Of a stretch of 64,000 nucleotides of DNA, positions 29,004-39,010 are shown in pieces; the first letter of the stretch is position 1, and each line of letters opens with the position of its first letter. Made by a program: the position numbers and the translations under genes. The stretch comes from an uncultured Anaerolineaceae bacterium (GTDB lineage: Bacteria; Chloroflexota; Anaerolineae; Anaerolineales; UBA4823), in assembly GCA_964385625.1 (NCBI GenBank), contig CAYLPS010000010.1, positions 31 to 64,030 of the forward strand, given 5' to 3'. The notes beneath the pieces were generated by a model. The model had not been told where the DNA came from and did not search any database. It saw only the letters and a program-made list of their open reading frames with translations.

Positions 29004-31745
29004 ATGATATTAGGGAAACCTACTGGAGAAGAAATTCGCCAGACTTTTATCGATTTCTTTGTTGAGCATGGCCATACTGTAGTTCCATCGGCCTCCTTGG
29101 TTCCGGGAGGGGATCAAACCCTTCTATTCACCAATGCGGGTATGGTTCAATTCAAGGATGTCTTCTTGGGCATCGATAAAAGGCCATATACGCGAGCCAC
29201 TGATTCCCAAAAATGTATGCGCGTTGCTGGTAAGCATAATGATCTTGAGGATGTTGGCCGTGACAATATCCATCACACCTTCTTCGAGATGCTGGGGAAC
29301 TGGTCTTTTGGTGATTATTACAAGAAGGAAGCCATCACCTGGGCCTGGCAGCTGCTCACCGATGTTTGGAATTTGCCCAAGGGAAATCTCTGGGCAACAG
29401 TATTCAAAGATGACCAGGGAAATATCCCTTCAGATGATGAAGCCGCTGAAGCCTGGAACCATATGCCGGGTTTTATCCCAGGGCATGCGCTTTACTTCGG
29501 ACGCAAAGATAATTTCTGGGAGATGGCTGAGACAGGCCCTTGTGGTCCATGTAGTGAGATTCACCTTGACCGTGGAATCAAGTTTTGTGATAAGCAAGAT
29601 GTCCCCGGTCATGTATGTACGGTAAATGGGGATTGCCTGCGTTTCCTGGAGCTGTGGAACCTGGTTTTTATCCAGTATAACCGGCTGAGTCCCACCCAGC
29701 TTGAGCCCCTTCCTGAGAGGCACGTAGATACCGGCATGGGTTTTGAGCGTATCGTTTCGGTACTGCAAGATGTCGATTCAAATTACCGCACTGATTTACT
29801 ATGGCCGCTGATCCTTACCACTCAAAAATTAACTGGACACACCGATGAACAGCGTGAGGAGAATTTCACTCCATACCGTGTCATCGCCGATCATGCCAGA
29901 GCTGCCGCATTCCTGATCGCTGATAATGTGGTGCCTGGCAACCTGGGGCGCAATTATATAACCCGAATGATCATCCGGCGAGCTTATCGTTTTGGTGGAA
30001 AAATTGGCCTCCATGAGCCATTTCTCGCCAAGGTGGCTGAAAATATCGTCCACATCTACGGGAATTTCTACCCAGAATTAACGCGAAACCGCATACCTAT
30101 ACTCACTTCCATCACTCGTGAGGAAGAACAATTCCAGCGCACTCTGAATCGGGCAACCGCCCACCTCGAAGATTTACTAGATAATCTAAAGCAATCGAAG
30201 CAGACGGTTCTATCAGGTTCATTAGCTGCAGATTTATACACCACTTATGGTATGCCTTTCGAGATCACCCGCGATATAGCCAGGGAGAACGGATTGGATG
30301 TAGACGAAACTGGTTATATTGAATCTATGGAAGAACATCGACAGGTTTCTGGCGGAGGGAAATTCGTTCAGGACCAAACTAACGAAGATCTTGAAGTCTA
30401 TCTGCGCATCTTGACCAGTCTTAAATCTAAAGGTTCTCTCCCAGACGACGGTGTGGAATATGATCCATACAACCGCCTGGAAGTATCAGGATTGTTACTG
30501 GCCTTGATCAGGAATGGCGATGTGGTAGATTCTGCCTCTCCTATGGATGAAATCGAAGTAATACTGCCTGAAACATGCTTTTATGTCGAATCTGGTGGTC
30601 AAGTATCCGACACCGGTATCATCCACTCCATTGATAAACAATGGAGCATCGAAATCCTGGATATGCGTAAGCCCATCGGCGGCTTGATTGTCCACATTGG
30701 CAAGGTGATCCGCGGTAAGCCAAAAATCGGCGACGAGGCACTTGCCGTCGTAGACGCACAAAAGCGCAGGGACATCATGCGCAACCATACTGCTACCCAC
30801 CTGTTGCATGCTGAGTTGCGCAAGGTATTGGGTGATCATGCCCGGCAAGCTGGCTCGTTGGTTGCACCAGACCGTCTGCGTTTTGACTTCACCCATCCCG
30901 AAGCCGTTACTCGTCAACAACTGGCTGAGATTGAAGCAGGGGTCAATAGGGATATACTGGGTGATTTCCCTCTCAAGATAAGTTACAAACCACGCCAGCA
31001 GGCTTTACACGAAGGTGCCATGGCATTGTTCGGTGAGAAATATGGCGAAACGGTCCGTACCATCACCATTGGAAGCGATAAGCCTTTTTCGTACGAGCTA
31101 TGCGGTGGCACCCATGTCAAACAGACCGGTGATATTGGCGTATGCCTGATCACCAGTGAAAGCAGTGTGGCAGCCGGCATCCGCCGTATCGAAGCTGTAA
31201 CGGGCAGAAAAGCCTACGAGCTGATCAAGAATCGCTTCGAGCTGCTCGACAGATCATCAGTCCTGCTGGGCAGTGCTCCAGAACAGCTTCCCGAAAAAGT
31301 TGCCAGTCTGCTGGATGAGCTTAATGCTTATCGTAAACAAATTTCAGCTTTGATGCAAGGACAGGTTTCCAAAGATTTCATACAACATCTCCAACGGGTG
31401 AAGCTCGTGAGCAACGTGCATGTATTGGCAGCCAGGCTCGGTGAGGCCGATGCCGATATGCTGCGGCAGATGGTTGATCGTTTTCGGCAGCAATTTCCCA
31501 CCAACGGTGTTGTTGTGCTTGCCGGTGTCAGGGATAACCGTCCAATCATTGTAGCCGGCATCACTGTTGACTTAACTTCCAGAGGCTTGAACGCCGTCGA
31601 GTTGATTAAATTCGTTTCAGCTCCCCTTGGGGGCGGAGGAGGTGGAAAACCAACCCTCGCTCAGGCAGGCGCAAGGGATGCCGCTATGTTATCACAGGCC
31701 TTGGAAAGTGTTCCGGGTTGGGTTGCAGATCACCTCAGTGAGTAA
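29004..31745 (+). CDS. alaS: alanine--tRNA ligase
   Basis: FFVEHGHTVVPSASLVP...LLFTNAGMVQFKD, the editing-domain HTATHLLH...CGGTH, and a C-terminal DHHA1-like GGGGGKP. Confidence 0.95.
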   Translation: MILGKPTGEEIRQTFIDFFVEHGHTVVPSASLVPGGDQTLLFTNAGMVQFKDVFLGIDKRPYTRATDSQKCMRVAGKHNDLEDVGRDNIHHTFFEMLGNWSFGDYYKKEAITWAWQLLTDVWNLPKGNLWATVFKDDQGNIPSDDEAAEAWNHMPGFIPGHALYFGRKDNFWEMAETGPCGPCSEIHLDRGIKFCDKQDVPGHVCTVNGDCLRFLELWNLVFIQYNRLSPTQLEPLPERHVDTGMGFERIVSVLQDVDSNYRTDLLWPLILTTQKLTGHTDEQREENFTPYRVIADHARAAAFLIADNVVPGNLGRNYITRMIIRRAYRFGGKIGLHEPFLAKVAENIVHIYGNFYPELTRNRIPILTSITREEEQFQRTLNRATAHLEDLLDNLKQSKQTVLSGSLAADLYTTYGMPFEITRDIARENGLDVDETGYIESMEEHRQVSGGGKFVQDQTNEDLEVYLRILTSLKSKGSLPDDGVEYDPYNRLEVSGLLLALIRNGDVVDSASPMDEIEVILPETCFYVESGGQVSDTGIIHSIDKQWSIEILDMRKPIGGLIVHIGKVIRGKPKIGDEALAVVDAQKRRDIMRNHTATHLLHAELRKVLGDHARQAGSLVAPDRLRFDFTHPEAVTRQQLAEIEAGVNRDILGDFPLKISYKPRQQALHEGAMALFGEKYGETVRTITIGSDKPFSYELCGGTHVKQTGDIGVCLITSESSVAAGIRRIEAVTGRKAYELIKNRFELLDRSSVLLGSAPEQLPEKVASLLDELNAYRKQISALMQGQVSKDFIQHLQRVKLVSNVHVLAARLGEADADMLRQMVDRFRQQFPTNGVVVLAGVRDNRPIIVAGITVDLTSRGLNAVELIKFVSAPLGGGGGGKPTLAQAGARDAAMLSQALESVPGWVADHLSE

Positions 31746-31854
31746 CCCTTCTGAATCACCAGCCTCCCAGGCGGAGAAAGATTGATAGAAATAGATGCTT
31801 TTCATGAATTTGGAAGCTGGTCCATCATTATTGTAAGCATAACAATACTCTGGT

Positions 31855-33363
31855 GTGAAAACCCAAATTATCCAACTCGACGCCCAAGATGATTGCCTCT
31901 CAGTCCGTGATAAGCTTGGCTGGAGCCAGGCAGAGCGCATCATATTGGTATGGCCCGCACATGGTAGTGTGTTGAATCGATTATTAGACCTGAAGCTGGT
32001 TTTGCGACATGCCAGTAGGCTTGGTGCACAGATTGCATTGGTCACCGAAGATCCTATAGTGTGTTTTCATGCTCATCAGATTGGCATACCCCAATTTGAT
32101 GACCTGGGCGAGGTTCAGCGGGAGGATTGGAAAGCGAATCCCGTGCAACAACCTGAAATCAAACGCGACAAGTCAACAGTAAATTTGGACGGCCTGCGAA
32201 GTTATGTTCGCCTAAATGCATCTTTACGGGCTGATACTCCCCTTACCCGCCTGCTAAGCATATTCATAAGCTTGGCCGCTTTCCTAGCAATAGGTGCCGT
32301 GCTCCTGCCAGGTGCAACCATTACCCTCACACCCCAGCGGGAAATCCAATCCATCCAGCTGGATTTACTCGCCAACCCTTCATCATCCGCTGCGAGCATA
32401 TCCTTAGGAATGTTGCCCACATACCGGCAGGAGGTGATTATTGAAGGGCGGGATACCATCACTGCCACGGGATGGACTCTTATCCCTGATGCGTATGCCA
32501 TAGCTGACTTGCAGTTAACCAATGCTTCCACCCAAACGGTCACCCTTCCCAGCGGGACAATCGTTGCTTCACGCGGCAATGTTCCCGTGCGTTTTATTAT
32601 CACTTCATCAAGCAATGTGCTCATCGGCGCAAGTAAAACCGTGATGGTGCCTGCTCGCGCCATCAATCCGGGCACTTCTGGAAACTTGCCAGCCGGAAGC
32701 CTTTCAGTGATTGATGACAACTCCGGTTTGGCCTTGGAGGTGAGCAACCCAAGAGCCACGCATGGTGGGACGGATGGATCTGTCCCATCTCCCAATACAT
32801 ATGACCTGCAAACCCTGCGCCAGCAGCTTGAGTCTGCACTCGAGCAGGATGCGTTTTCCCGGATGCAGTCGTATCTCCCTGTGGGAGACCTGCTGATCTC
32901 GCCAACAATGACTCTTCTTGAAACGATCGAGGAAACCCAAATGCCCTCCATAAATCAACCGGGGGACCAGCTAGTGCTATACATGCGGGCAAAATACCAA
33001 TGCCAGGTGATATCATTGGGTATGTTACACGATATGGCATCCAATATACTTGACGAAAAACTGCCGGCAGGTTACTCCGCACTTCCTGACACACTGGTAT
33101 TTGCTTCTTTACCAGAGACTTCACAGGGAAAGGATGGTTTTTATCACGTTGCAACCACCGCAAAACGCGAGCTTCAGGCAGATATTCCGGTAAATCGAGC
33201 TATCAATGAAGTCACCGGCCTGACCATTGCACAGGCGAAAGACCAATTGTCAGCGACATTCTCATTGGCAAAGCCTGTCGACATTACGCTCACTCCATCC
33301 TGGTGGCCCTGGCTGCCCTTTACAGCTTTACGCATTAGGCTATTGATTGCTGAAAATCCATGA
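31855..33363 (+). CDS. membrane-anchored hypothetical protein with baseplate J/gp47-like region
   Basis: One TM helix (LLSIFISLAAFLAIGAVLL). The segment ...PARAINPGTSGNLPAGSLSVID...VSNPRATHGGTDGS resembles the Baseplate_J pattern (G..gN..ag.l....v.N....GG.d.E). GTG start. Confidence 0.5.
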   Translation: MKTQIIQLDAQDDCLSVRDKLGWSQAERIILVWPAHGSVLNRLLDLKLVLRHASRLGAQIALVTEDPIVCFHAHQIGIPQFDDLGEVQREDWKANPVQQPEIKRDKSTVNLDGLRSYVRLNASLRADTPLTRLLSIFISLAAFLAIGAVLLPGATITLTPQREIQSIQLDLLANPSSSAASISLGMLPTYRQEVIIEGRDTITATGWTLIPDAYAIADLQLTNASTQTVTLPSGTIVASRGNVPVRFIITSSSNVLIGASKTVMVPARAINPGTSGNLPAGSLSVIDDNSGLALEVSNPRATHGGTDGSVPSPNTYDLQTLRQQLESALEQDAFSRMQSYLPVGDLLISPTMTLLETIEETQMPSINQPGDQLVLYMRAKYQCQVISLGMLHDMASNILDEKLPAGYSALPDTLVFASLPETSQGKDGFYHVATTAKRELQADIPVNRAINEVTGLTIAQAKDQLSATFSLAKPVDITLTPSWWPWLPFTALRIRLLIAENP

Positions 33364-33776
33364 GAATCCTGGCGATTGACCCCGGTGAAAAGCGCATTGG
33401 TGTAGCTGTTAGTGATCCGACGGCCTCCATTGCCTCGCCACTCACCGTGTTGAAACACATCTCGCGGCCACTGGATGCAGCTGCCATTGCCGACCTCGCC
33501 ACCCATCAAGGCGTGGGGTTAATCGTGGTGGGTAAATCACTGGACGATGATGGCATGCCCACTTCCGCCAGCAAGAGAGCCGACAGGTTGGCAGAAGCCA
33601 TCCGACAACAATGTGACATCCCAATCACCACCTGGGACGAAAGCTTCAGCACCCTGGATGCGCGCCAGGCACGTATCGCAATGGGCGTCCCTCGCCGCAA
33701 GCGTAGCGGCCACCTGGATGAGCTAGCAGCCACCGTGATCTTGCAGTCCTACCTGGATTGGAAAGCCGGCCAGTAA
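33360..33776 (+). CDS. ruvX: Holliday junction resolvase-like protein RuvX (YqgF)
   Basis: MRILAIDPGEKRIGVAVSD... and DESFSTLDA are canonical YqgF. It overlaps the upstream gene by 4 nt. Confidence 0.9.
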   Translation: MRILAIDPGEKRIGVAVSDPTASIASPLTVLKHISRPLDAAAIADLATHQGVGLIVVGKSLDDDGMPTSASKRADRLAEAIRQQCDIPITTWDESFSTLDARQARIAMGVPRRKRSGHLDELAATVILQSYLDWKAGQ

Positions 33777-33777
33777 A

Positions 33778-34920
33778 ATGACGCCCTCTAAACCTCGCTC
33801 ACGCCATCTCACCTGCTGCTTATTGCTTGTCCTCCTGGTTGGATTGGTGATCATCGTCATATTAGTTATTCCCGGTCTGATTATTACCCAGGCTGAGAAA
33901 ACCTTCGGTGAGCCTTCTACTCAGCTCACCTACCGACAGGAGGTTTACTTGTCGGCCTCAATCCTGCTGCATGCCAGAGATCTTACCCAAGCCGTGAGCT
34001 CTCAGGAGGGTGTGACCGATTTCACCATTCAGCCAGGGGAATCCGTGCCAGCCATCGCCACCAGCTTGGAACAATCAGGCCTGGTCCCAAATGCTGGCGC
34101 CTTCCGGGATTACCTGCAGTTTGCTGGCTTCGACACTACCTTGAAGGCCGGAGATTATCAGCTGAGCCCGTCCATGACCCCGCTTGAGATCGCCCAGGCC
34201 ATCCAGTCGTCGATATCCGCCGAGGTCACCTTGACCATACTGCCTGGCTGGCGGCTGGAAGAGGTGGCAAATGCATTATATAGCTCTGGCTTCAATATTA
34301 GTTCGTCTGTGTTTCTAGAGGCAGCCCATTACCCGCCTCATGGCTACAGTTTTTCAGCGTGCCTGCCCGGTAACTACTTGGAAGGCTACCTGTTCCCTGG
34401 TAGCTATACCCTGCCCAGAGAAACCACGGTTGATGAGCTGCTCTCCACCATCCTGGACAATTTCGAAGCACAAGTTACCTCAACCTTACAGGATGGATTC
34501 GCTGCCCAAGGCCTCGACTTGTGCCAGGCAGTAACCCTGGCATCCATCGTCCAGCGAGAAGCAGTGGCAGAGGATGAAATGCCGCTCATTGCATCTGTGT
34601 TTTATAACCGCCTGAACGCCGGCTCCGAGCTTGCCGCCGACCCCACCGTCCAGTACGCACTTGGCTATAATCAATCCCAAGCCACATGGTGGACCAACCC
34701 GCTGTCGGCCCAAGACCTGCGGGTAAACTCTCCTTACAACACATATGCCCACACGGGCTGGCCTCCCGGGCCGATCTCCAACCCCGGGCTACCGGCGCTC
34801 AATGCGGTCGCTTTCCCTGCCAGCAGTGATTATTACTACTTCCGCGCCGCTTGCGATGGGTCGGGACGCCACGTCTTCGCCGAGACATACGAACAGCACC
34901 TGCAAAATGCCTGCCCATAA
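33778..34920 (+). CDS. mltG: endolytic murein transglycosylase MltG (YceG-like)
   Basis: N-terminal TM helix, YceG motifs ...LASIVQREA...ASVFYNRL...LAADPTVQY..., and SPYNTY...GWPPGPISNPG. Confidence 0.9.
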   Translation: MTPSKPRSRHLTCCLLLVLLVGLVIIVILVIPGLIITQAEKTFGEPSTQLTYRQEVYLSASILLHARDLTQAVSSQEGVTDFTIQPGESVPAIATSLEQSGLVPNAGAFRDYLQFAGFDTTLKAGDYQLSPSMTPLEIAQAIQSSISAEVTLTILPGWRLEEVANALYSSGFNISSSVFLEAAHYPPHGYSFSACLPGNYLEGYLFPGSYTLPRETTVDELLSTILDNFEAQVTSTLQDGFAAQGLDLCQAVTLASIVQREAVAEDEMPLIASVFYNRLNAGSELAADPTVQYALGYNQSQATWWTNPLSAQDLRVNSPYNTYAHTGWPPGPISNPGLPALNAVAFPASSDYYYFRAACDGSGRHVFAETYEQHLQNACP

Positions 34921-34941
34921 ACCGCAAATATACTGGAAAAC

Positions 34942-36399
34942 CTACACTCTCTTCAGTATATAATAGGTCGTCTTTTTATCCCCCACCTTAATCAAGATTC
35001 CCCGTGAAACCAGGTCCGCCAGGTCGCGGCGTAAGGTTTCGGCATGCACATCGGGGCATAATGCCTGGTATTCGTGACTGCTGATGCGCCGCTGCCTCGC
35101 CAGGTGAGAGAGTGCCAGCTGCTGGCGACTGTTCAGGTCCAGCGCTAGGTAGGCTGAGAGGTCTACGTACTTACCGTCTACGTCGCTGCCTATCTGCCCG
35201 GCGAACAGGGTCACCCGGAAAGTGCCGGCAATTTCCTCGAATCGCGGTGGCAGCAGGCCGGCTTCCCTGGTGACGCTCACCACCCTGTCAAGCCCATAAC
35301 CCAGTCGTTCCACATAGCCCAGGTCTGACAGCACCTGCGAAATGACCGCGTTACGGGCGTAGCGTGCCACCAGCAAGTTCTTCAGGTTCACCGGGCCGGG
35401 TAATGTGCCCGGCGAGGAGATTTCTAACCGGTCGGCAAAGATATTCAGGTGGATGTTATCGCCCTGCAGGTTGTAATCACGGTGCGCCACCGCGTTCACC
35501 AGCAGCTCGCGCACGGCTTCGAAGGGATACTCCAGGCTCTCCTGGTGCTGCAATCCCGCCAGCCTTACCACCGTATTCAAGTTGGATCGAACGAATTCTT
35601 CTGCCTGCTTCAATTGGCCTGGGAGATTGCCGCCGATATCCCGCTTTAGGTACACACTCGATAATGCATTGCCCGGGAAGCGCCCCGCCAGGATGGTGGC
35701 ACTGGGTAGCCACTGCTGGGGTGCTCGACCGAAGAGCAGCAGGGCAGCGTAGGTTAGCTGAAGCTCATCACCAACTCGCTTCAGGCAACCGCGCCTCACC
35801 AGAAACTGGTATGCCTGTGCGATATCATCCTTGGGAATATTCGCCACCGCATGGGCATAATCAGCCACGGCAATTGGATCTAGGTCCTGCAGACTGGCTT
35901 CGGGCGCCAGCCTGGTTTCGAACTGCAAGGTGCCCCTCTGGTGCAGCAGCCGGTATAACTGGCGTGCAGACAGCGGGTTGGTCTGTGGGCCCTGCCGGCC
36001 CAGGTATCGCCCATCCAGGCAATACACGTTGGGCAATCCATCAGGCACGCTCACCATCACCAGGTTGAGTGGACCGGCTTTTCCAGCCGCCCTGGCAGTC
36101 ACAAGGCGCGGCAGTGGCAGCACAAGCGTGGGGTCTGCCAGGATGGCTGCCTGGAACACCCGGTCACAGGCAGCTTGTGGATCGGTGACGCCCACCAGCT
36201 CGCCGGCACGCGGCGACACCCCCAGGATGACCGTGCCGCCCTCTGCATTGGCCATGCCCACCAGGGTGGTAGCCAGCGTGGAGAGCGGAACATCCTCAGG
36301 GAACCAGTGCAGCGAGGGTCCCATTCCGCCTGCCAGCAGTGCCTGGATCTCGGCAGAATGGTCAGGTATGCCTGGTAGTGAGGGTACGTCGTTAATCAT
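34942..36399 (-). CDS. AlbA_2/Schlafen-like + HATPase_c_4 + wHTH putative DNA-binding ATPase (COG2865-like)
   Basis: LVGMANAEGGTVILGV (AlbA_2-like), RELLVNAVAHRDY (the HATPase_c_4 hallmark), and a C-terminal HTH-like tail. The ATG at 36399 is preferred over the TTG at 36420. Confidence 0.7.
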   Translation of the reverse strand: MINDVPSLPGIPDHSAEIQALLAGGMGPSLHWFPEDVPLSTLATTLVGMANAEGGTVILGVSPRAGELVGVTDPQAACDRVFQAAILADPTLVLPLPRLVTARAAGKAGPLNLVMVSVPDGLPNVYCLDGRYLGRQGPQTNPLSARQLYRLLHQRGTLQFETRLAPEASLQDLDPIAVADYAHAVANIPKDDIAQAYQFLVRRGCLKRVGDELQLTYAALLLFGRAPQQWLPSATILAGRFPGNALSSVYLKRDIGGNLPGQLKQAEEFVRSNLNTVVRLAGLQHQESLEYPFEAVRELLVNAVAHRDYNLQGDNIHLNIFADRLEISSPGTLPGPVNLKNLLVARYARNAVISQVLSDLGYVERLGYGLDRVVSVTREAGLLPPRFEEIAGTFRVTLFAGQIGSDVDGKYVDLSAYLALDLNSRQQLALSHLARQRRISSHEYQALCPDVHAETLRRDLADLVSRGILIKVGDKKTTYYILKRV

Positions 36400-36496
36400 G
36401 TACAAACCTGCCTGGCGCAAATTGCTACCGTAGTTAACTCATGTCGGATAATTGTATAATGATTTTGCTTAACGCGTTGGCTCTTGCGGTGGTAAC

Positions 36497-39010
36497 CTAT
36501 ATTTCAGCGGTTTTAGACTCTGCATTCTCGCCACTGGCTTCTTTTAACTTCGGTTTGCGCGCAGAGCGTGGTGTTCGGGCCATGTCGGGTTTGGCAGGCT
36601 TGAGAGCCACATCCAACACCTGCTCGATGTGATCAACCAGCACCAGTTGCAGCTCGCTCCTGGCGCGCTTGGGAACATCCACCAGGTCTTTGGCGTTGCG
36701 TTTAGGCAGGATCACCGTCTTGAGGCCTGAGCGGTGTGCGGAGAGCACCTTCTCACGTATGCCGCCCACCGGCAACACGTGCCCGCGCAGCGTGATCTCA
36801 CCTGTCATGCCCACATCCTTGCGCACCTCCCTCCCGGTGTATGCCGAAACCAGGGCGGTGCAGATGGTGATACCAGCGCTCGGCCCATCCTTGGGAATGG
36901 CTCCTTCGGGGATGTGGATATGGATATCCAGGTCCTCGTACACCTGCGGGTCGATGCTGAATTGCTGAGAGCGCGACTTGAGGTAGCTCAAAGCGGCCTG
37001 AGCAGATTCTTGCATTACGTTGCCGATCTGCCCGGTGATTTGCAGATTCCCTTTGCCATCCATCAGCAGGACCTCCACCGGCATGATCTCACCGCCGTTT
37101 TCGGTCCAGGCAATGGCCGTGGCAACCCCCACCTCATCCTGGCGCTCGGCTTCCTGGGTGAAGAATTGGGGCGGACCCAGGTATTTCTCGATCACCCCCG
37201 GGGTCACCCGCTTTTGATAGGTTTTCCCTTCGGCTTTTATGCGGGCGATCTTGCGGGCGATCATGCCAATCTCCCGCTCGAAGTTCCGCACGCCGGCCTC
37301 GTAGGTGTACTCGCGCACGATGCGCTTGAGAGCCGGGGACTCGAACTGCACCCGGTCTTCATCCAAACCGGCTTCATCTAGCTGGCGTGGGATGAGGAAA
37401 CGCCGGGCGATCTCCAACTTTTCTTCCTCAATATACCCCGGGAACTCGATCACCTCCATGCGGTCAAGCAGGGCGGAGGGGATTGGCCCGGTATAGTTGG
37501 CAGTGGTGATGAACATCACCTTCGACAGGTCGTACGCCAGCTCAAGGTAGTGGTCGGAGAAGGCGTGATTTTGCTCAGGGTCAAGCACTTCCAGGAGAGC
37601 CGAAGAAGGGTCACCGCGAAAGTCCTGCCCTAGCTTATCCACCTCGTCCAGCATGAACAGCGGGTTGATCGTGCCGGCCCGCCGCATGGTTTGCAGAATC
37701 CTACCGGGCAATGCGCCGATGTACGTGCGCCGGTGGCCGCGGATTTCGGCTTCATCGCGCACGCCTCCCAGCGACAGACGCACGAACTTACGCTCCAGAG
37801 CCTCGGCGATCGATCTGCCCAGCGAGGTTTTACCTGTGCCGGGTGGCCCCACGAAGCACAGGATGGGCTGCCTGGAGCGCTTGGGCTTTAAGCTGCGCAC
37901 GGCAATAAACTCCAGGATGCGGTCTTTGGCCCGCGGCAAGCCATAATGATATTGCTCCAGCACCTGCGCCGCATGAGCCACGTCAAGGTTATCATCGGTC
38001 GTCGTGGTCCAGGGAAGGTCGAGAATCCAATCGATGTAGGTGCGGATGATGCCCACCTCGGGTGACATGGCTGGCATCTGGTTGAGGCGGTCAATCTCCT
38101 TCAAGGCTCGCAGCATTACCTCTTCAGGCAGGCTAATGCCCTCTACGCGCTTGCGCAGATCAGAAATCTCGCGCACCCACGGGTCAGTCTCACCCAGCTC
38201 AGTCTGGATCGCCCGCAGCTGCTCACGCAGGTAAAACTCGCGTTGCGTGCGGTCCACTTCACTCTGGGCTCGTGCATGGATCTGGTCTTCCAGCTCCAGC
38301 ACATCCGCTTCCTGCGCCAGAAGCGCCACCACCTGCTTCAACCGCTCCACCGGGTTGAGCATCTGCAATAATTTCAAGCGCTCTTCCAGGGGCGGTGAGA
38401 TAGCAGTGGTCACCATGTCTGCCAGCCATCCGGGCTCTTCGATATTAAGGGCGTACAAATAGGCTTCATCTGGCAGGCTGCGGTTGAGCTGGACGCACTT
38501 CTGGAACAGATCCAGGGCAGTGCGCATGGTGGCATCAATCTCGCGGTCTTTTTTGGTGGACTCAAATAATGGGCGAGCCCTGGCTATCATGAACGGCTCA
38601 ATCTGGATGAATTCCACCAGCTCAAGGCGCCGCCGCCCCTGGGCAAGCGCCGAACTGGAACCATCGGGCATGTTCACCAGGCGTCCCACCGCCACTTCCA
38701 CGCCGGTGGTCAGGAAATCAGAAACCTTGGGATTTTCGATGGTGGCATCACGCTGGGTGAGGGCGATCAGGGTGTGGTTGTCCATCTGGGCTTCCTCGAT
38801 TGCCAGCAAGGAAGCCTCACGCCCCACAAACACCGGTGCCACCATGTGGGGGTAAATCACCAGGTCGCGCAGGGGCAAAACGGGGCACTCGATCAACCCA
38901 TCCGTATCGGGAACGGCATCCGGCACGGTGTACAGCTCTTCTGTACGGCGGTGGACGGCTTCGCCGAAATCATCTTCCTCGTCGTGGTAATACCAATCAC
39001 TATCCTTCAT
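36497..39010 (-). CDS. lon: ATP-dependent Lon protease (endopeptidase La)
   Basis: LON N-domain (LPLRDLVIYPHM), AAA+ GPPGTGKTS, and protease domain PKDGPSAGIT. The ATG at 39010 overlaps the folC stop by 1 nt. The upstream extension in the ORF track was rejected. Confidence 0.95.
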   Translation of the reverse strand: MKDSDWYYHDEEDDFGEAVHRRTEELYTVPDAVPDTDGLIECPVLPLRDLVIYPHMVAPVFVGREASLLAIEEAQMDNHTLIALTQRDATIENPKVSDFLTTGVEVAVGRLVNMPDGSSSALAQGRRRLELVEFIQIEPFMIARARPLFESTKKDREIDATMRTALDLFQKCVQLNRSLPDEAYLYALNIEEPGWLADMVTTAISPPLEERLKLLQMLNPVERLKQVVALLAQEADVLELEDQIHARAQSEVDRTQREFYLREQLRAIQTELGETDPWVREISDLRKRVEGISLPEEVMLRALKEIDRLNQMPAMSPEVGIIRTYIDWILDLPWTTTTDDNLDVAHAAQVLEQYHYGLPRAKDRILEFIAVRSLKPKRSRQPILCFVGPPGTGKTSLGRSIAEALERKFVRLSLGGVRDEAEIRGHRRTYIGALPGRILQTMRRAGTINPLFMLDEVDKLGQDFRGDPSSALLEVLDPEQNHAFSDHYLELAYDLSKVMFITTANYTGPIPSALLDRMEVIEFPGYIEEEKLEIARRFLIPRQLDEAGLDEDRVQFESPALKRIVREYTYEAGVRNFEREIGMIARKIARIKAEGKTYQKRVTPGVIEKYLGPPQFFTQEAERQDEVGVATAIAWTENGGEIMPVEVLLMDGKGNLQITGQIGNVMQESAQAALSYLKSRSQQFSIDPQVYEDLDIHIHIPEGAIPKDGPSAGITICTALVSAYTGREVRKDVGMTGEITLRGHVLPVGGIREKVLSAHRSGLKTVILPKRNAKDLVDVPKRARSELQLVLVDHIEQVLDVALKPAKPDMARTPRSARKPKLKEASGENAESKTAEI

